A DNA stretch of 64,000 nucleotides from an uncultured delta proteobacterium (GTDB taxonomy: Bacteria > Desulfobacterota > Binatia > JACPRU01), in the NCBI GenBank assembly GCA_963745025.1, contig CAVUWD010000010.1, forward strand, positions 64,001 through 128,000. The letters are read 5' to 3'. The notes under the pieces were generated by a model that was not told the DNA's origin, searched no databases, and was given only the letters and a program-made list of their open reading frames with translations. A program made the position numbers and the translations under genes. Positions within the stretch are counted from its first letter, which is position 1, and each line of letters begins with the position of its first letter. This document shows, one piece after another, positions 59,989 to 64,000 of this stretch.

Positions 59989-60597
59989 CTACGCCGCCTG
60001 GAGCGATAAAACCGCCCCGATGATCGTCACGGCTCCTGTGACGAGGAAGATGGTGGCCGCGCCGAACTTGATGAGTCGCTCCGGTAGCTGCGCCCCAACG
60101 ACTCGGCCCACTACGATCGCTAGCCCATCGGCAACCACCATGCCGAGCGTGCTGCCCAGCCATACGCTGACGAAGCTGTGGTGCTGGCTCGCCAAAGTGA
60201 CTGTCATCAGCATCGTCTTGTCGCCCAGTTCTGCGAGAAAGAAGGTCGTGCCGACGGTCATCAACGGTCCCCAGCGCCGCTCGGTCAAATGGTCGTCATC
60301 GCTCAGCTCGTCGCCCCGCAGCGTCCATAGCCCGAACGCGATGAACGCCACCCCTGCAAGAACGTGTACCCAAAAGACGGGAATGGTGAGCCCAACGATC
60401 TCGCCGAGGCCAACCGAGAACAGATGCACGAGCAGGGTAGCCACGAGCACTCCCAGCAGTACGGTCTGTGTTGTGTAACGGGTGGCGAACGCCAACGCGA
60501 CGAGTTGCGTCTTGTCTCCCATCTCTGCAGCGAACACAAAGAACAGGGACAATAGAAACGGATCGCCTACCGTCGAGCTGAAGAGAGCGTCTGACAT
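59989..60597 (-). CDS. TMEM165/GDT1 (UPF0016) Mn2+/Ca2+ transporter
   Basis: Two ExGDKT motifs (AEMGDKTQ, AELGDKT), about 6 TM segments, GGAGG RBS. Confidence 0.94.
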   Translation of the reverse strand: MSDALFSSTVGDPFLLSLFFVFAAEMGDKTQLVALAFATRYTTQTVLLGVLVATLLVHLFSVGLGEIVGLTIPVFWVHVLAGVAFIAFGLWTLRGDELSDDDHLTERRWGPLMTVGTTFFLAELGDKTMLMTVTLASQHHSFVSVWLGSTLGMVVADGLAIVVGRVVGAQLPERLIKFGAATIFLVTGAVTIIGAVLSLQAA

Positions 60598-60649
60598 TCC
60601 GGCCTCCTTCTAGCCCGGCCGGAACGTTGGAAGGAGAGAAGCAGACGAC

Positions 60650-60720
60650 GTTCGGCCAGGCACGATTCCTGGTCCGAAGGTCTCGTTCGCCTCGCCGCGG
60701 AGGTGGGGGACCGGGCCTCT
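60650..60720 (-). promoter_or_regulatory. possible 3' half of a yybP-ykoY (Mn2+) riboswitch
   Basis: Minus strand CCGGTC...CGAGACCTTCGG followed by the hairpin CCAGG..CCTGG upstream of a GDT1 gene; the 5' GGGGAGUA element was not found. Confidence 0.35.
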
Positions 60721-60960
60721 CGAACGGTCGCACGTCTCCGAATCAGATCCCGGTAGTGGAGATGGTGCTGTCGTTTTTCGCGTGAGGGTGCGCAACCTGG
60801 CGAGCCGCATCCTGGCGCGCGCGGCACGAGAGCTCGCGGGGGTGTGGTGTCCACGGGGCGGCCGCGCGCTTGTTCCGGCGAGATGCCGACGGCACATTTG
60901 GGAGGTCTTGAACACAGGCGATTCGATGTCTACGTTTTCGGATGAGTGTGGACGAAACCA

Positions 60961-61437
60961 ATGCAAGCAGAAATCCAAATCGAACCGGCTCGAGAATCCC
61001 ACAAACAAAAAGTCCTTGACCTCCTCAAGGCTCAAATGGCCGAGCATCATATCGAGATTGCGCCCGAACGAATTCTCAGAGCAATCGAAGGGTATCTCAA
61101 TCACCCAGATCTTGGCTTTATTCTCATCGCGCGCCGCCAAAAAGAAATAGTCGGCGTGGCCTGCGTGTCATTGATCTGGACCATTGAACATGGTGGAAAA
61201 TCCAGTTGGTTAGAAGAGCTGTATGTCTCGCCAGAAGCCCGAGGCACGGGAACTGGAAGTCAACTTCTCAATGAAGTGATCAAACGAGCTCGGCAGCTTG
61301 AATGTGATGCCATCGATTTAGAAGTCGAATCAGATCATCAAAGAGCGCAGGCTCTTTATCAACGCGCGGGCTTTCGAAAACACACGCGTACGCGTTGGGT
61401 GAAATCACTATGGACTTCCCCCGGCGATTCGGCATAG
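60961..61437 (+). CDS. GNAT family N-acetyltransferase
   Basis: LEELYVSPEARGTGTG (motif A) and AQALYQRAGF; AT-richer than the flanks. Confidence 0.92.
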   Translation: MQAEIQIEPARESHKQKVLDLLKAQMAEHHIEIAPERILRAIEGYLNHPDLGFILIARRQKEIVGVACVSLIWTIEHGGKSSWLEELYVSPEARGTGTGSQLLNEVIKRARQLECDAIDLEVESDHQRAQALYQRAGFRKHTRTRWVKSLWTSPGDSA

Positions 61438-61715
61438 CCCCGGCCTTCACGCCAAGCGAACGCCGTGCTCACCGGCCGATCGGGCAGTGCGGCGCCTCGC
61501 CGACGCTCGCGCGTCGAGAGGTGCGCGCGAGGGGCTGTCGGCGCGAGACGCTGCCGACGACGGCGTACAGGCGATCTGCCCCTGCGAGCCCCTTCCGCGC
61601 GACCTCGCGGCCCCGCCGCCAAGGCGGATGTCGCCGCGATCCGCGAGGCGGAGTTCGACTGCCACCTGGAAAAGCTCTCGGCCGAGGACTATCGTGATCC
61701 GGGAGTTTCGCCGTC

Positions 61716-63137
61716 ATGAGCCGGAAAAACGAAGCACTGGAGATCCACTGCGGCGAGGAGAGCGTCCGCTTCTCGCCGGAGCTGCTCGACAAGTACAACG
61801 TTCCCGGGCCGCGCTACACGAGCTATCCAACCGCTCCGGAGTGGCGCACGGATTTCGGCCCGGCCGAGATGCGCTCCGCGCTCGAGCAGTCCAACGGCGC
61901 GACGAGCCCGCGGCCCCTCTCGCTGTACATGCATCTGCCGTTCTGCGAGAACCTTTGCCTTTACTGCGGCTGCAACACGGTCATTAGTCGCGACCACGGC
62001 GTGGCGATCCCCTACCTCGCGGATCTCGAGCGAGAGATCGAGCGGTTCGCGGAGCGGCTCGATCCCGGGCGAGCGGTCGAGCAGTTTCACTGGGGAGGCG
62101 GAACGCCGACCTATCTGTCTCCGCAGCAGATGGAGGATCTCTTCGGCGCGGCGCGGAGTCGGTTCCGCTTCGACCCGAACGCGGAGATCGGCGTCGAGGT
62201 CGACCCGCGCGTCACGACCTCCGAGCACATCTCACGGCTTCGGCGTCTCGGCTTCAACCGCCTCTCGCTGGGGATCCAGGACTTCGATCCGCTCGTGCAG
62301 AGCACGGTCCGCAGGGTTCAGCCCTTCGAAGCGACGAACGAGCTTTTCCAGCAGAGCCGCGGTGAAGGCTTCGAGTCGATCAACGTCGACCTCATCTACG
62401 GTCTTCCGCATCAGACGGTGGACTTGTTCACGCGGACGCTCGACCGGGTGATCGAGATGAGCCCCGACCGCATCGCGATGTACAGCTACGCGCACGTTCC
62501 CTGGCTGAAGAAGCAGCAGGCGGCCTTCGCGCGCTTCATCCCGGAGGGAAGGGCGAAATTCGAGTTGTTCGCGGCCGGGCTCCGGCAGCTGACCTCCGCC
62601 GGCTATCGCTTCATCGGCTTCGACCACTTCGCGCGTCCGACGGACGAGCTCTGCGTCGCCCAGGAAGAGCGCACGCTCGCGCGCAACTTCCAGGGCTACA
62701 CGACGCATTCCGGCTGCGATCTGCTCGGACTCGGGGTGAGCGCGATCAGCGGGATCGGGCGCGTGTATGCCCAGAACTTCCGGGATCTGGCCTCGTACAC
62801 GCGGCGGATCGGAGGCGGCGACCTCGCGACCATGCGCGGCATCCGCCTGACCGACGACGACGTCCTTCGCCGCGAGGTGATCCTGCGCATCCTCTGCCAC
62901 GGTCGCTTGCGAGCGCGTGAAATCGAAAGTGAATTCGGGATCGACTTCGAGCGCTATTTCGCGGACGAGTCGTCGCGGCTCGAGGACCTGGAGCGGGATG
63001 GCCTGATCGAGCGGCGTCCCGGCGAGATCTCGGTCACGCTCCTCGGGCGCATCTTCCTGCGCGTCGTCGGCATGGTCTTCGACGCCTATCTCCGCCGTCG
63101 CGAGGGCGATGCCCCGCTCTTCTCGAAGACCGTGTAG
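61716..63137 (+). CDS. hemN: oxygen-independent coproporphyrinogen III oxidase
   Basis: GPRYTSYPTA, HLPFCENLCLYCGC, GGGTPT, DLIYGLP, RNFQGY. Confidence 0.96.
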   Translation: MSRKNEALEIHCGEESVRFSPELLDKYNVPGPRYTSYPTAPEWRTDFGPAEMRSALEQSNGATSPRPLSLYMHLPFCENLCLYCGCNTVISRDHGVAIPYLADLEREIERFAERLDPGRAVEQFHWGGGTPTYLSPQQMEDLFGAARSRFRFDPNAEIGVEVDPRVTTSEHISRLRRLGFNRLSLGIQDFDPLVQSTVRRVQPFEATNELFQQSRGEGFESINVDLIYGLPHQTVDLFTRTLDRVIEMSPDRIAMYSYAHVPWLKKQQAAFARFIPEGRAKFELFAAGLRQLTSAGYRFIGFDHFARPTDELCVAQEERTLARNFQGYTTHSGCDLLGLGVSAISGIGRVYAQNFRDLASYTRRIGGGDLATMRGIRLTDDDVLRREVILRILCHGRLRAREIESEFGIDFERYFADESSRLEDLERDGLIERRPGEISVTLLGRIFLRVVGMVFDAYLRRREGDAPLFSKTV

Positions 63138-63222
63138 CACCCGCAAAGACACGAGCCCTGGTTCGCATTCCGGGGCGCACGACGTTTCCATCGCCGCGGA
63201 CATCGGCTATGGGCTGGCGACC

Positions 63223-63951
63223 ATGGCAGAAACCGTCATCGAAGCGATTCGTCTCGGTCGCGGCTTCGGGTCCGTGCGGGCGCTCGGTGAGCTCGACTTG
63301 GTGGTCCACGCCGGAGAGAGCCTCGCGATCTTCGGCCCGAACGGCGCCGGCAAGACGACCCTTCTCAAGCTTCTCGCCACGGTGCTCACGCCGACCGAGG
63401 GGTCGCTGCGGCTTTTCGGCGAGCGAGAGCTGCGGCCGGAGATCCGCCGGCGCATCGGCATGCTCAGCCACGGGAGCTTCCTCTACGGCGATCTCACGGC
63501 GGCCGAGAACCTGCACTTTTACGCGGCCCTGTTCGGCATCGGGAACCCCGCGCAGAGGGTCGAGGAGATGCTCGCCGAGGTCCGCCTGACGGCATGGCGA
63601 GATCGCCCGGTCCGCACCTTCTCGCGCGGCATGGAACAGCGGCTGGCGCTCGCGCGAGCCTTCCTTCACGCCCCCGACCTCCTGCTCCTCGACGAGCCCT
63701 TCTCCGGCCTCGATCCGCAGGCCGTCCTCCACCTGCAGGAGATCCTGACGCGCGCCCACCGCCAGGGAAGGACGATCGTGCTCACGACCCACGACATCGA
63801 GAACGGGCTCGAGGTCTGTGATCGCGCGGTGATCCTCTGCGGCGGACGCATGGTCTGGCACTCGGGACGGTCCGTCCCCGCGCCGCGCGAGATGGCGAAG
63901 ATCTACCAGCGCGAGGCCGGCGAGCCGCAGGTCGGAGCCGAGACGCGCTGA
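63223..63951 (+). CDS. ccmA: heme ABC exporter ATP-binding protein
   Basis: GPNGAGKTT, FSRGMEQR, LLLDEPF; followed by a ccmB-like start. Confidence 0.82.
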   Translation: MAETVIEAIRLGRGFGSVRALGELDLVVHAGESLAIFGPNGAGKTTLLKLLATVLTPTEGSLRLFGERELRPEIRRRIGMLSHGSFLYGDLTAAENLHFYAALFGIGNPAQRVEEMLAEVRLTAWRDRPVRTFSRGMEQRLALARAFLHAPDLLLLDEPFSGLDPQAVLHLQEILTRAHRQGRTIVLTTHDIENGLEVCDRAVILCGGRMVWHSGRSVPAPREMAKIYQREAGEPQVGAETR

Positions 63952-63956
63952 CCGCG

Positions 63957-64000
63957 ATGCTCGCCATCCTCGCCAAAGACCTGCGGATCGAGCTCCGCAC
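63957..64000 (+). CDS. ccmB: heme exporter permease CcmB, 5' end (runs off the window)
   Basis: MLAILAKDLRIELR matches the CcmB N-terminal KDLxxExR pattern; directly after ccmA. Confidence 0.7.
   Translation, partial: MLAILAKDLRIELR

Noticed and set aside
61437-61480. Integron attC site after the GNAT gene
   Set aside because: No RYYYAAC/GTTRRRY core pair or attC-like palindrome was found.
61600-61719. ADVAAIREAEFDCHLEK resembles the end of a receiver domain
   Set aside because: Too short and degenerate to support without a search.

Overview
GC-rich bacterial chromosomal window with no rRNA, tRNA, CRISPR or intact mobile element. The gene content (hpnR, sigma54 systems, NRPS, System I cytochrome c maturation) suggests a soil Gram-negative lineage such as a Binatota/deltaproteobacterium-like organism; this is inference only. 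From left to right: (1) the end of an NRPS cluster, with an A-T fragment lacking the conserved Asp and a C-A(Val-like)-T-TE protein whose TE has a Cys nucleophile; (2) a cytochrome c, a USP and a minus-strand block cgs/ndvB - ptsP - ftsH - glgP carrying several +1 frameshifts and decayed remnants (xfp, a second ftsH); (3) an RRM RNA-binding protein with small unannotated ORFs, preceded by a structured ~110-nt non-coding motif that recurs 5 kb downstream; (4) a CorC/HlyC protein and an alkaline-phosphatase-family enzyme; (5) a Co-type nitrile hydratase operon divergent from a benzaldehyde lyase/HACL-like ThDP enzyme; (6) an aminotransferase - type III PKS - FAD oxidoreductase - YceI - cytochrome c operon with a sigma54 promoter and four enhancer-like palindromes, next to an NtrC-type two-component system and a porin/PBP-like/PAP2 module; (7) TetR, an LLM monooxygenase, PNPOx-like, EamA, Fpg-like and META-domain genes, hpnR, tesA-ybbA-ybbP and an atypical di-heme peroxidase; (8) a GDT1 Mn exporter with a half yybP-ykoY leader, a low-GC GNAT, hemN and ccmA-ccmB. 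The best candidates for something undescribed are the duplicated RNA motif with its small-protein operons, the sigma54-controlled type III PKS/aminotransferase system and the Cys-TE NRPS. All family calls come from motif recognition by eye; no database searches were run.
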